Shown here piece by piece: positions 16,310 through 30,251 of a DNA stretch of 64,000 bases (position 1 is the first letter of the stretch; every line of letters starts with the position of its first letter). The notes below the pieces were generated by a model. That model did not search any database. It was not told the origin of the DNA and saw only the letters and a program-made list of their open reading frames with translations. The stretch spans positions 45,756,001 through 45,820,000 of the forward strand of contig OZ024749.1 in assembly GCA_964016885.1 (NCBI GenBank), in the 5' to 3' direction. A program made the translations under genes and the position numbers. This DNA comes from Eledone cirrhosa (Eukaryota).

Positions 16310-16320
16310 GATATATATAT

Positions 16321-16420
16321 AGTAATAATAATAAATTTGAAGACTAAAATCCAAAGAGGGCTCGATAAGGATAAATAAGCAGCGATTATTTGCTTAAACT
16401 TTAATGTGTTATTTTAATAA
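16321..16420 (-). mobile_element. Family K, copy 2 (internally deleted)
   Basis: Shares AATAAATTTGAAGA.TAAAATCCAAAGAGGGCTCGATAAGGATAAATA and TTAAACTTTAAT.TGTTATTT with copy 1. Confidence 0.7.
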
Positions 16421-16432
16421 ATATATATATAC

Positions 16433-16516
<84 letters not shown>

Positions 16517-16602
16517 GTATATACATACATATATATATATATGTATATATATATATACATACACATATATATATATGTATGTATATATATATAGGTATAT
16601 AA

Positions 16603-16662
<60 letters not shown>

Positions 16663-16777
16663 ATATTTGTACATATATATATATATATACATATATATAT
16701 AAAGAGACTGACGCGGAGATAATATATGGATATTAGGCTATAGACAGAGAGAGACAGTGAGAGAGATAGCCAGATAG

Positions 16778-16877
<100 letters not shown>

Positions 16878-18357
16878 TGAGAGAGAGAGAGATAGTTGCT
16901 TTGCGAATAAACGTAATAAGAAAAGCTGAGAATCTAAGAAGATGAGAAGATATTAAATAAAATGAAAAGATATTATTTAGAGCGTAGGTTAAAGATATTT
17001 TGATAGATATATTATCATACAGAGAAACGTAAATAATAGTATATGGAATACGAATACTTGATAAGACAATATGGCTTGTTAGAAGCGGGAATTTCTTCCC
17101 ACCATATTTTCCAGGGGAGAAAATATAGGGAGGTAACGAATTGGGTCTAGTAAGGTACAATAAAACGAAACATAAACATAAAAAAATAATGATATTACGT
17201 GAGAAAGAAAAAAGAGAGAGAAAGGAGTAAGTCAGAGAGAGTAGGTTGAGGTAAAAGAGAAAAAAAAAGGGGGGGGGGTGAGAGAAAAACAAAGATTGCA
17301 GATGAGATTACACTTAGTATAATCCAATATCGCTAATCTCTCTGTCAGGCAACTCTAATCCGATTGTTGGTTTTAATTTTATTTTTGTTGTTGTATATTG
17401 ATTTGTATCATTTCTTTCCCAGTTCTTCCTAATGCAAACAAGCAAGTTTTCGCCAAACTGACTTTAAGGAGCGCCTCATTTTGCAATAAATATACAGCCC
17501 CTGGCACCGCCTGGTGTTGTTTTTGTGGGTTTTGGCCTGAATTGTTACTCTTGTTGGTATTCTCAGTTTAGGTTGTTTAAATACATATATACGTGCGCGT
17601 GTGTGTGTGCGTGCGTCTGTGTGTGTGTCTGTGTGTGTGTCTATATATTGGATGGTTATTGAGCTTAATGGTCGACGCGAAAATACCAATTAGATTCTCT
17701 CTATAAATTAGAATAAACCCTGCAGGGCATGTTTGCCAAAGTATTAGAGAGAAGCAACTGGAGAAAGAGAGGTATTTTATATATATATATTAGCGTGAAG
17801 GGGACAGGGGTGCAGATATAATATAAAAGATAAAGAAGCTTAATGGACACAAACTATGAGGAGTCTGTCAACTTTGCCTCTGTGTATATTACTCCTTACT
17901 AGGTCTTCATTACGCCAAGGTGATGGTTACACTGTTTGAGTTGTTGAGCTGCTTAGGACTGTTCTTAGTGTATGGTTTCGGTTATACTGACAGTAATAAT
18001 GACGCTATAATTGATAGTGTTAGGATTTGGATTACTGAGATGGGTGGATAAAATCTGTGGTTTGTTTTGAGACGTGGGAGGGTACATACTCATTTGTATT
18101 GCCACCCAAACATATTCACACACATACATAACTCATATAATATTCTCTCTATATATTTTTTCGAGAATAGAGAGGAAATATACATCACATACATACACAC
18201 ACACTAGAGCACACACACATATTTTAAAAGATAATCCCACACTTACATTCAAGCATATTTACACTACGGTTAAACATTTCACACTCACAGTTGAATGTCT
18301 CGAAGGCATACAGACATAAAAAGATACATATACACACACTATTTCTCTCTATATATA

Positions 18358-18478
18358 TCACCTTGATCACCTTGACCGACCAGTCTGTCGAGCGCCATTC
18401 AGCGACGCTGGTCACAGCACGTGCTGTTTTAGCTATATGATGACGCCATCACACTGGCTGGGCGGGCATATATAGTCC
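18358..18478. promoter_or_regulatory. Candidate cis-regulatory module
   Basis: CpG-rich single-copy patch with tandem TCACCTTGA, CACGTG, TGACGCCA and GGGCGG within 120 bp. Confidence 0.3.
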
Positions 18479-18685
18479 AAGAAATGGCAAGAAAAATACA
18501 AACATGCGAAAACACAAATTGTTATTAGTATCACGCTTTGAACGAAATAGAACAGGGTTTGACTTTTTGGACATAAGTTCTTTGGGAGAGGGAGAATTCC
18601 GAGAGATAGAGAGGGTTAGAGAAAGAGAGAGAAGGCTGGAAAATCGAAGTTTGGAATATAAGTATACACATAATTACTTATGTAG

Positions 18686-18717
<32 letters not shown>

Positions 18718-18721
<4 letters not shown>

Positions 18722-19209
18722 TGGCTGCCAACACGTTTTCGAGTACGACCACTACGTTATATCCATGTAGGAGAACCCCTACCGATGCGCTGAACGAGTG
18801 TGACTTTTTAGTCCAGCCAGCGACTTGAACACTCTGGTACAAACACTACACTTGGGACAACTATTGACACATAGTGCTGGGCCCATGGTACCATGTGGTG
18901 ACAAGTGCAGAGAGATGTCCAGATATAAAGCAATGCCTGTGCCGTGAAGCTTTTATAGTGAGCAAAGGCACTGCACAAAGCCAGTCCCACTCTCTTAACC
19001 AAGATGATATTTACCAAAAAGAAGAACAAGTCAACATCATTGGATACCATCAGGGTTTTCCTTGTCCTAGAATTCTGCCTTGACAAAGGCTAAGGGGTCA
19101 TCTCTCCCGGTGAATTTGGATGGCCATTGATTCTTAAGAGCTCCTTTTCCCTTTGACAGGTTTTGTTTTTAGTCCTGCAGTATGTCCAAAGTCACCCTCC
19201 TCACCAAGA
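18718..19209 (-). mobile_element. RTE-like non-LTR retroelement 3' end (C2H2 zinc-finger remnant, 3' UTR hairpin, (AT)n tail)
   Basis: Minus strand 18859-18779 encodes [26 protein letters not shown], resembling the C-terminal finger of RTE-clade ORFs. It ends ...GGCAGCCACCAT(AT)n. Second copy at 62475. Confidence 0.6.
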
Positions 19210-20452
19210 ATATATACATACATATATACATACATATATACATACACACACTCACAGACATATGTAAACATACGCATAAATATATACATACATATTATAG
19301 CTATACATACAAGCAGGCACACGCATTTAGTCACATATACCATTATATTTATTTAAAATGAATAGGTGCGTGTGCGTGTTTGCAAGGCTTCGTTTTTGTT
19401 AGTGAGCAGACATAGATTTAGTTACATATACACTGTTTTAGACTGCAAGTTATGTGCACGTAATCACCTCACTGCTGATGTTTTATGAGAGATTCCACAA
19501 GAAAAAGATATATACAACTCGAATATCAGTTGCATAACTCCAGCTGTATCCTCTTCAATCCACGGCGTGATGTAGCAATGTCTTGTTTCATTCATGTAAT
19601 GAGTCTTTTATCTTCATCTCGTCGACATCAAGTTGACTTCGTGTCATTCACAAAATACCAAACGCTCTGCTGGTCATTTTACCTTTCAATGGCAATGTCT
19701 CTTCTTCATATTGTTTTTAACTCTTGATGAAAAAAGAAAACAAAAAAAAAATTGAAAAGAAAAAGGGCAAAAAGCGTTTGACAATAGATGAACTCAAATG
19801 AAATTCTTAACAGTTAAAAAAAAGTATTTAAATTTAGTTTTTGTGATTTTCATGTTTAACATTTTTATCATTTATTTATTGAATTTAATTAAACTTTATA
19901 TCTTTTTTTAGAAAGGCTATATATCTATTGTATTTCATTTTATAATTAATTAATTTATCATCATTATTTTTATTATCTTTATTATTGTTATTGTTGGTGT
20001 TTTTGTTATTATTATTTCTTTTTTAAATTTATTTATTAAAAAAAAACTTCTCATTTGTGAGAAGTTAAAACTTTTCTGTCTTCAATATTCGCTATTGTAA
20101 AAGTAAAGTACGTTTCTCTGTGCATGTTTCTGAAAAACTAAAAGTGGAAAAAAAGTTATTTCAGTTGTCATGTAATCAAAATTAGTTTAGATAAATAAAT
20201 TTCTTTTCATAACATGAACATTTTACTTCAGTTAAGTTAATATAAAATTATATCTGATATCATATCGTAACGATCATTATATAAAGCTGACTTCATATAG
20301 ATGTACTCATCTTAATTTATAATTTAGAAGATGGATTATTGATATATGAAAAAAAAAAAAAAATCTGGATTGATAGATGTACGAATATGACGATGATTAT
20401 TTGGCAGAATCACTAGCTCATCGGAGAAAATGTTATTATTTCCAAGTTAAAA

Positions 20453-20644
20453 GGGCGGTGGATTGACAGTATCGGTGGAGGGTCAGACGCCATGCTTTCT
20501 AGCATAGAATTACGGCTTTTACGGTCTGAGTTCAAATTCCGCCGAGGTTCACATTGCTATTCATCCGTACGGATTCGATAAAATAAAGTACCAGTAATGT
20601 GCTGGGTAATTGCTAGCCTTGTGCAAAAAAGTAGAAACAATTAT
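20453..20644 (+). mobile_element. tRNA-derived SINE (first unit of a tandem duplication)
   Basis: Same family. Confidence 0.9.
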
Positions 20645-20763
20645 TTATACGTTGAAATCACACCGAGGTTAACTTTGCCCCTCATTCATCAGGGTCGTTG
20701 AAATAAAGGAAGAATGATAACAATGTTGTCTTCCATTAGTACTGCTTTCCGTTCATTATAGAA

Positions 20764-20951
20764 GGTGGATTGGCAGTATCGTTAGAGGGTCTAACGCCAT
20801 GCTTTGCATCACAGAGTTGCGGCCCTTTACAGTCTAAGTTGAAATCCCACCGAGATTAACTTTAACTTTTATCAATATGGGGTCGATAAATAAAGTACCA
20901 GTAATGCACTGGAGTAATTGCTGGCCTTGTGCCAAAAGTAGAAACAATTAT
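20764..20951 (+). mobile_element. tRNA-derived SINE (second unit of a tandem duplication)
   Basis: Same family; the downstream ~120-bp flank is duplicated with the previous copy. Confidence 0.9.
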
Positions 20952-21260
20952 TTATACGTTGAAATCACACCGAGGTTAACTTTACCTCTCATTCTTTCTG
21001 GGTCGTTAAAATAAAGGAAGAATAATTAAGAAGTTGTCTCCCCTAGTAATGTTTTCCGTTCATTATAGAAAGACAAATAGTGTTTCATATTATATTTAAA
21101 CAAACGTGATTTGAAATGTATCGAATTATCGATTTGATGCATTGAGTGAATATGAATGTCGTAGAAGTGTAAGGTACTGAAACGCAGAAATACCTGTAAA
21201 ATAATAAGTTACTATAATACAGAAAATATAACATAGAAAACATTCCTCATCTCTCCCTAC

Positions 21261-21423
21261 CTCGCTCTCTAGGTAACTTATTACAACTACTTCTGCTGCC
21301 AGACTCATCTGCTGTTGCTGCTGATCCCACTGCATCTTCTCTACCCGTCGCAACCCAGATCGAATGCGCATCTGTCGCTCCTTTGTTTGTCCTTCTTGAT
21401 TCATCATAGATGCGTCACACCAA
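21261..21423 (-). CDS. Weak candidate exon (54 open codons: WCDASMMNQEGQTKERQMRIRSGLRRVEKMQWDQQQQQMSLAAEVVVISYLESE)
   Basis: GC-richer island with ATTTCAG acceptor at 21430-21424 and GAG|GTAGGG donor at 21261/21260; no recognisable domain. Confidence 0.2.
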
Positions 21424-22730
21424 CTGAAATATTTGTACAGTGACGCAGCCTAGATTAGCATGTAAAAAAATCAAACGGTTTGTTTAGAGCTGATGAGGTA
21501 ATCGGTACTTTTGTCTGGTTTTGTTTGCATGTGTTATACAACCCTGATTTTTCATTTTACCACAAATATTCCGTTTAAATTCTCCTCATCAACACACTTC
21601 TTTTAATCCGCTATACGTCCTATCCCTTTAATTTGCCCTCTCATTGACCCCCCCCCCCCTCTCTCTATTTCATTATCTCCCTCTTCCCCCCTCTCTCTCT
21701 ACCTCTTTCTCTTCTTTGTTTCTCTCTGCATCTTGGCTTCTCTCTCTCTCCTCTTCTCTGGCTGCTCTTTTCCGTCACTAAGTGTGTTCTATACGATTTT
21801 CTACGTGATGATCATTTATAGCAACCGACTGAATATTTTTAGAGTTATTTCTGTGTCTGAATTGCTGAGATTTCTACGAAATGTATATATATATATTATA
21901 CATATATTATGTAAAATATGTGACTGGGAGAAATTTGGCAGCTATCTTTAAGTCGTAGATACCCAGGCAAAAGTCACCTTCGTTGGTTCGTATTTGTTTG
22001 TATGTTATACAAATATATATAATGAATTTATTTATATTCTATTATAATTACCCCGTAGTGTAAATTTCTCGTATCATGACTATTGTAAAAGTGCGTTGAC
22101 TCACAAGTGAAGAGTGAAAATCACTTGTATTAATATCAATATGGGGGGGGGGGGGGGCAGTTGAGTAAGTTTTAAGATATAAAGTGTCATTATGACAGCG
22201 GAAGGATCCTCAGATTATCTACCAGTAGTGATGATCGCATCGTGCTGTACTTGGACCTGGGCACTCAATACCCTTTGTTTATATTGTTGTGGCACAACCG
22301 AAGTAAGGTAATATGACATAAAGTGTCGTGACATAAAGTAATTAGTTAAATGACGCCGTAGTCGCACGCGATTATTTATTTCCCAAAGCTTTAATCAACT
22401 GGATCGTGAAGAACTCTGATATATATAAACCTGTGGTTATTCATAAGTTTCTAGCAGTGACTTAACTCGATTCACTACAGTGCTATGTAAAGTTTCAACA
22501 GTTTAGCAGTAACGCATACACCTTTTTTAATTGATAGTATCATTATCAATGTTTTTCTAAATTAGCAACTAGATGTTTGCTTCTATTATATCAGGGTGCT
22601 TCTAAGTAACGTTTTCATACTCATACCTCATATCATTAAGTATCAGTAAAACGGTGTGTTCCTCTATATTTAACACATTATTCTGTTGTTAAGTATAATA
22701 GATATATAAATCCTTGTGAAATGAAACATA

Positions 22731-22948
22731 ATAGTTTCTTATATAGGCACAAGGCCACCAATTTTGGGGGAGGGGAAAGTCGATTAAATTGACTCCAGTG
22801 TGTGACTGGTACTTTATTTTCTCGACCCCGTAAGGATAAAAGGCAAAGTTAACCTCGGCGGGATTTGAACTCAGATCGTAAAGGACCGTAACTCTATGCT
22901 GCAAAGCATGGCGTCCGGCGCTCTACCGATACTTCCCATCCATCGCCC
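22731..22948 (-). mobile_element. tRNA-derived SINE, long subfamily
   Basis: Extra ~30-bp segment (TTTTGGGGGAGGGGAAAGTCGATTAAATTGAC); TSD-like TGTGA(A)ATGAAACATAATA on both sides. Confidence 0.9.
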
Positions 22949-23763
22949 TTGTGATGAAACATAATACAAAAAGAAAAACGACAAATAAAACATTATTAAA
23001 TCAGCTACAATACTCTAATTATCATGCATTTATTTGAAGAAATTATAACGTGTTTCAGGTTAAGTATGTGAATAAACAATTTATTTCGCATCGCCGGATT
23101 GTATAACTGGTATTCTAAACAATTGTTATTTGGGTAACATTGCAAAGAGTAGCTTTATATGTTCGAATATCTTGCATTAATTGCGTGAAGGTGATAAATA
23201 TGATTCAGGCTGCTAACGACGTCGATCAGGTATGAATAGTCCAGGAAATAAAAATATGTTTCTGAGCATTTAGCAATACGATTGGCTATGTGGTCCTTGG
23301 TATGTGTTATGTTTGCTTTAATGTATCCTCTCAGTAAGCAAGATCAAATATTTTATGCATGCATGTCTAATAACACAACAAACGAAAGGAAAAATGAATA
23401 TATGCATTCCATACAGATGCAATGGTTAGCACCTGTACGTAAAGGTAAAGAGATTTAGAAATCGTTTATTAAACAAAGTGTTAATATGTAAAAAACGTAA
23501 AAACTTTGAGTGGGAAGAGTTCCAAAAACATATATAAAAATGTATTTAAAAATGTACGTTACATATTAGCTTAAACATTAACATTTTTTTTTTTTTAAAT
23601 AAACAGCTAAATTGAGGGCTATATTCTAAGATAACCGAAGGGATAACTGATATATAACACACACATATACACGCATGAATATGTCTATATAAACCATCCT
23701 TTGCTATGATCGGTCATCAAGATTAGAGTATCCTGGTTTGTGTGTTATTAGCTATTTGTGAAA

Positions 23764-23943
23764 TATTGATTTCTCCTTTCGTCACAATGCCAGCAATTAT
23801 CCCAGTGTACTGATGCTTTATTTTATCGACCCCGTAAGGATGAAAGGCAAAGTTAACCTCGGCAGGATTTGAACTCAGACCGTACAGGGCCGTGACTCTA
23901 TGCTGAAATGCATGGAGTCCGATTCGCTACCGATATTGTCAAA
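23764..23943 (-). mobile_element. tRNA-derived SINE
   Basis: Same family. Confidence 0.85.
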
Positions 23944-23981
23944 TAATGAACACCATTTCTAATAAGCATTATATATGATGA

Positions 23982-24171
23982 GGGCGGTGAATTGGCAGTA
24001 TCGGTAGAGGGTTGGACGCCATGCTTTGTAGCATAGTTACGTCTCTTTACAGTCTGAGTTCAAATCCCGCCGAGGTTAACTTTGCCTTTCATCCTTACGT
24101 GGTCGATAAAATAAAGTACCAGTAATGTACTGGGTAATTGCTGGTCTTGTGCCAAAAGTAGAAACAATTAT
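23982..24171 (+). mobile_element. tRNA-derived SINE with 15-bp TSD
   Basis: TSD ATTATATATGATGAG at 23968-23982 and 24167-24181. Confidence 0.92.
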
Positions 24172-24678
24172 ATATGATGAGCACAATTATGTATCAACTT
24201 ACTTGAATATATTTACATCCCTTGTTGATTGTCCCTCTCTCACTTCCTCTCGCCAATTTTCTACATGTCTTCCTGTATTTCATTCTCACGTTGATATATA
24301 TTTCTTTCTTCGAGTGACAGGAAAAGAAAACTCCTATTTATTAGATTGTCCAAAGGAATACACTTAAACTTATGTAATTAAACCACAAACCAAAGCAGAA
24401 ACCACATAACATATTGAAACAATAAACATGAAAATCATATCATATAGAGAAGCCTCCAAAGACAGATTTTAAACAATATTAAACATAATAAATAACAAAA
24501 ATTACAAGAAAAATAGTAGCAAAGCGCGAGCATCATTATGAGCACAAGCATTTGTTACTGCTTTCCTCTATTTGTGTCTTTATTTTTTTAGCTAGTCAAT
24601 ATTAATCACTTGGGAATTTGATCCAGTGTCCAGTGGGAATTTGATCCAGTGTCTGTCCTCTGATAACGCAAGGATCAA

Positions 24679-24709
24679 TTACACATACACAAGCAAACAC
24701 ACACACATG

Positions 24710-24760
<51 letters not shown>

Positions 24761-24789
24761 TGTTACACATAGACAAGCACACACACATG

Positions 24790-24837
<48 letters not shown>

Positions 24838-24874
24838 GTTACACATAGACAAGCACACACACACATGTTAATAA

Positions 24875-24921
<47 letters not shown>
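24679..24921. repeat. Three-unit minisatellite with (TA)n spacers
   Basis: TTACACATA(G/C)ACAAGCA..CACACACATGTTAA repeated three times, each followed by (TA)n. Confidence 0.85.
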
Positions 24922-24924
<3 letters not shown>

Positions 24925-25276
24925 TGTCTGTTCTTGTATGTGTATGTGCGTTAGACAAAGAGGAAGAAGAAGGGGGGAAGGGAAACATACGTGAAAGACG
25001 AGAAACACACGCAGTCAGAGATCGTGAACCAATGACAGGTAATATAACTGAATGAGGTTTCAGCGAACAACTTTGAACCGAACCGAAGAACTAAATAAAT
25101 AACTGCCACTAATAATTGAATATATGTATTAATGTTGAATAAATCCTAGGTTATTAAACATTTGAAAAGGGATTCAAAGAAAACCCCAACGAAATAACAA
25201 TACCATTTACTAAAATAATAAGTCAAACACATATAAATTTCAGGTAAAGAAGTTTATAATATCCGGCCTCTGTAAA

Positions 25277-25492
25277 TAGATTAGTAATATCGTAGAGCGT
25301 CGGACGCCATGCCTCGTGGAATAGAGTTACAACCATTTACGTTCTGATTCCAAATACCACCGAGGTTAGCTTTGCCTTTCATCCTTACGGGGTTGGTAAA
25401 ATAAAGCATCAGTTATGCACTGATGTCGATTTAATCGCCCCCCCCCCCAAAAAAAAAAATTACTGGCCTTGTCCCTGTAATAGAAATCATTA
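25277..25492 (+). mobile_element. tRNA-derived SINE, long subfamily, diverged
   Basis: Core GCCTTTCATCCTTACGGGG plus a GTCGATTTAATCG-C-run insert. Confidence 0.8.
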
Positions 25493-26106
25493 TTATTGTT
25501 GTTTTTATTGTTTTTGTTGTTGCAGTTATTGATCACATTTGGCTTTCTGTATTTTATATGTATTTGTTGTAATTTAACACTTTTATATCCTTATGGCATC
25601 TCACAACTAGACCAACCACAGTCAGCTTTGCATTCGATATCAGAGTTTATCATTGTCAAATAAAAAAACAAATAAATAAATAATTAGCTAGCACGACATC
25701 AATAACAACAACAATGACATCAATAACAATAATCACGGCAGTATTAAAACAAGATAATGACGAAAAAAAAAACAAAAAAAAAACACCAACAACGAAAGAA
25801 TACATAGAGGAATAGCTATAAAAAAAAAAGTCAAACGCTTTGACGTCTGTTGTCTGAGAAGGAGAGAGAGATAGAAATATATATAGATGGACAGAGAGAA
25901 AGTGACATGTTAGAAGAAGAGAGAATGTAGATAGGTGAGGGTTGGGTGAAATGGCTCATGCATATCCTTCCACCAACCAGCTCACACATTGAAGCAACCC
26001 ACCTCCACGCACGATATCAAATAACGTAACACACACTTTAGAAAATCTTATAGGAAAGGGACCTTTATATATATATATGTGAGTCTGTTGCATAAATATA
26101 TAGAGA

Positions 26107-26251
26107 TAATTGTTTCTACTTTAGGCACAAGGCCAGCAATTATCTAGTGTATTACTGGTACTTTATTTTATCGACCCCGTAAGGATGAAAGGCAAAGTCA
26201 ACCTCGGCGGGATTTGAACTCAGATCGTAAAGGGACGTAACTATGCTGGAA
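26107..26251 (-). mobile_element. SINE, 5'-truncated
   Basis: B box, core and tail present. Confidence 0.85.
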
Positions 26252-26526
26252 AGATAGAGATAATACAAGTAAAAACATACGTAGATATATACATATATAA
26301 TCTCGCCTAGGCACACACATACATATAAAATCTCCCTATGCACACACGCACGCAAGCACACAATCACGTACCCATAAATACACATAGTCACATTCAAGCA
26401 ATGACACCTGAAGGCAGGCTCACTCCAATAGACACTATACATATATGTGTGAGTTTGGGAATGTGTGTATGCATGCGTGTGAGTTTGTGTGTGTATATAT
26501 ATATATATATAGATAGATAGATATAT

Positions 26527-26638
26527 GTAGAGGTTATATTTAATTTGTTGGGATACAACAAGCAAAATATTTTTATAACTGATATAAAGCACTCAACAAA
26601 TAATTGGACTAAACTATATATTAACAAATATATTAACC
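26527..26638 (-). mobile_element. Solo tail related to family G
   Basis: GTTATATTTAATTTGTTGGGATACAAC...ATAACTGATATAAAGCACTCAACAAATA matches the 57375 tail; abuts a truncated SINE. Confidence 0.7.
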
Positions 26639-26640
26639 TA

Positions 26641-26743
26641 TGACGAGGTTGACTTTGCCTTTCATACTTACGGGGTCGATAAAATAAAGTACCAGTAATG
26701 CACTGGTAATTGCTGGCCCTGTGCCTAACGTAGAAACAATTAT
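26641..26743 (+). mobile_element. SINE, 5'-truncated
   Basis: Core and tail only. Confidence 0.85.
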
Positions 26744-26783
26744 ATTTTATCTGATGGAAGCGCACCATAGTTTACCTTGGTGG

Positions 26784-26859
<76 letters not shown>

Positions 26860-26917
26860 ATGTGTGTGTGTGCATGTGTGTCTCTGTGTCTGTGTCCATA
26901 CATTATATCTATATCTA

Positions 26918-27088
26918 CGGTGGTTTGTCAGTATCGGTAGAAAGTCGGACGCCATGCTTTCCAGCATAGTTACGTCCCTTTACGGTTTGAGTTCAAATCC
27001 CGCCGAGGTTCAGTTTGCCTTTCATCCTTACAGGGTCCATAAAATAAAGTACCAGTAATGTACTTGGTAAAAAAGTAGAAGCAATTAT
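26918..27088 (+). mobile_element. SINE with 3' internal deletion
   Basis: Head, B box and core present. Confidence 0.85.
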
Positions 27089-27121
27089 ATCTCTATGTAT
27101 CTATCTATCTATATATCTATG

Positions 27122-27208
<87 letters not shown>

Positions 27209-27348
27209 ATATATACACACACACACATATATATGTATGTATATCTACGCATATATAGACCGATAAATCATCACGTATATCCAATACAGCTCAGACATCT
27301 GAATATATTTTTCTTGATGAGATTTTTCAAATATTTCACTATGTTTTA

Positions 27349-27426
27349 AATTGCCTTGTCCGACGAACGAATGAGGACGTTTCTTGTATTCGTCTTATTC
27401 GGGAAACCTCTGGTAATGAGGTAATT
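27349..27426 (+). ncRNA. Solitary hammerhead-like motif with CCGACGA core variant
   Basis: AAUUGCCUUGU-CCGACGA-ACGAAUGAGGACG(loop)CGUCUUAUUCGG-GAAA-CC(UCU)GG-UA^-AUGAGGUAAUU. Stem I is 11 bp and all three helices form; U4 is replaced by C. (TA)n follows ~20 bp downstream. Confidence 0.65.
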
Positions 27427-27442
27427 ATATTGTATTGTTTAT

Positions 27443-27508
<66 letters not shown>

Positions 27509-27544
27509 GCATACGGTACTAAACACATATATACTTTCATAGAC

Positions 27545-27616
<72 letters not shown>

Positions 27617-28365
27617 GTATATATATATATTTATTTATTTAGGTATTTATTTATACAGTAGCTTACATGTAGTTACATGCACAGACAAAATACCCTAATA
27701 CACATCTATCAAGCGAGCACACATACTGAGAAACAGAGATACATATATGCACACACACACACATGTAAAGATATAGTAACATGTATCCATACATATATGC
27801 ATGCACTCATACAAACCAACATATGCGTGCACATACATACAAACCCACCATACTCATATACATATTTACAAACATATATAACATAGGTATATATAGATAT
27901 GTACATAATGATATATACTTTCATACAGGTACATTGGCATATGCACATATATTTATGATACATGCATGCATATATAATTATGGAAACACCGCATACTTCC
28001 GCAATAAACAGCGACACACGACACGGCCAATTAATCAAATTAGACAGATTTGACACATCCCACAGCTGTTCTTGCTGTGTATGCCACAAGCACATCCTCG
28101 ATCGAGCTTCTAGATTTACAGAAGAAAAAAAAACAGACACTGGGCAACTGTTCTTGTTATTTTCGTCGCAGTTGGTATTTAATACAAGAACACCCATGTT
28201 CAAATCGACTTATGACCAAGGATATTGTAGCTATGGCTATCACGTCTTATTAAGGTTAATTATGAAACAATATCATCCGTGATTCTACCATTTTCTGTAC
28301 TTTGCCTGAGATTGTACCTACATATATCTAAACTCGAGCAGCCATGTACAATGTCCATCGTTGCC

Positions 28366-28406
<41 letters not shown>

Positions 28407-28947
28407 GTCCATCGCATATAACTGGTATTATGGGATAGAGGAAACTTGATAATATCGGTGAGGCTGGGATACTGAAAACAAATATATATATATATATGTA
28501 TATAAAGCACATTCTGCATAGCATGTTATCTTTACAACAATGCACAAAATCAGTTTTCGATTTATTTGTTTCGAATCTTTATGTTTCGTTCACAAATCAC
28601 TTTACTTTTTCTTGTCCAATTGAAGTACCAATCACGCATTAGTTTCGATTTCAGTTATTAATACATATTTGTATCTCCAAGTCTTTTATTACGTAATTAG
28701 CTACTGCTTAGTAGGCTGAAAATAATTCTTAGTGCTTCTTTGCAATTTACAGACGCTTGAGGGCAAAAATGCCCGAATGGTCCCACTATTGCGCAATATT
28801 GCTATTAGGGGTCATACCCCCTATTTGTGGCTGCATTGAAAGACATCCTGTTCTCATTGAAAGACATGGTTCTCTCCTAAACAAAATTGCATACCTTCCG
28901 TGAAATGACGCCCTGACATTTTTTTGATTTATGTTCAATTGAATATG

Positions 28948-28983
<36 letters not shown>

Positions 28984-28999
28984 AATATCTATATATATA

Positions 29000-29049
<50 letters not shown>

Positions 29050-29061
29050 AATATCTATATA

Positions 29062-29250
<189 letters not shown>

Positions 29251-30201
29251 ATATATAATATATATATATATATATAATACATATATATAAATATATATAT
29301 GTATTTATATATGTATTTATATATATATATATATAAGCAATATGAACAGACATTGCATTAATCTGTTGAGATAACCATTATGATAATAATTCCTGGTGAT
29401 GCTAAACTTATTTACGATGTTGGTGTTAGTGATGAACGTGTGGTTGTTGTTGATAATGGCGCTGGCTGTAGTAATTGGTATGGAAGTGTTGATTGTGGAG
29501 TTGAAAATGCATAGGTGGTGTGGTAGTAGCGGTTCCGTTGAAATGGAAGAGATTGTAACGATTATATTAGAAGTGAGGGTGATGGTGGCAGGTCAATATG
29601 ATGGAATATTTCATTTGGTAGGTGGTGTTGATGGCGTTAAATGAGGTGTTGCTGGTGGTGATGCGAGTAATAATATGAAAGCTGGAGCTGTTATGATGGT
29701 GATAGTAGTTCTATTTATATTAAGTTCTTGCTGATGTTGTTAATGGTAGTGATGGGGCTGGTGGTTGTGTTGGTCGAGTCGATGTTCGTTACAGCTATAA
29801 TGATGATGGTGTGATTCCAACAGCATATCGCCTAGGGGATAGTTTGATGATCTCGTGATACTGTGACCAATTGCTGGCAAATTGTGATCCGCCATGTTAA
29901 TCCTCTCACTCACCTCACTCACACATTTTTATATCCCTCTCTCATCGTTTAGCTCCCTAATTTACTACCTAATTTACTTCGATACCGCCTGTATATGTCC
30001 TCATTTATTAGGATGATTTAAGTGATACGGTGAAGCTGAAAATGTCGACAGTGCAATATGGTGTTGGCTGACATGGGAGCCAGTTAAAGAGAATGAGATG
30101 GGTGAGAGAACGATAGGGAGAGAGATAGATAGATATATATAGAGAGAGGGAGAGACATATGTGCGTGCGTTTATATCCTGCAGTAACTCTCTCTCTCTGT
30201 A

Positions 30202-30251
<50 letters not shown>

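Noticed and set aside
24679-24921. Repeat-spacer pattern as a CRISPR array
   Set aside because: The spacers are (TA)n, the context is eukaryotic and there are no cas genes; it is a minisatellite.
27962-28282. 106-aa non-repetitive ORF with CSCCVC
   Set aside because: No recognisable family and no convincing splice signals; compatible with chance.
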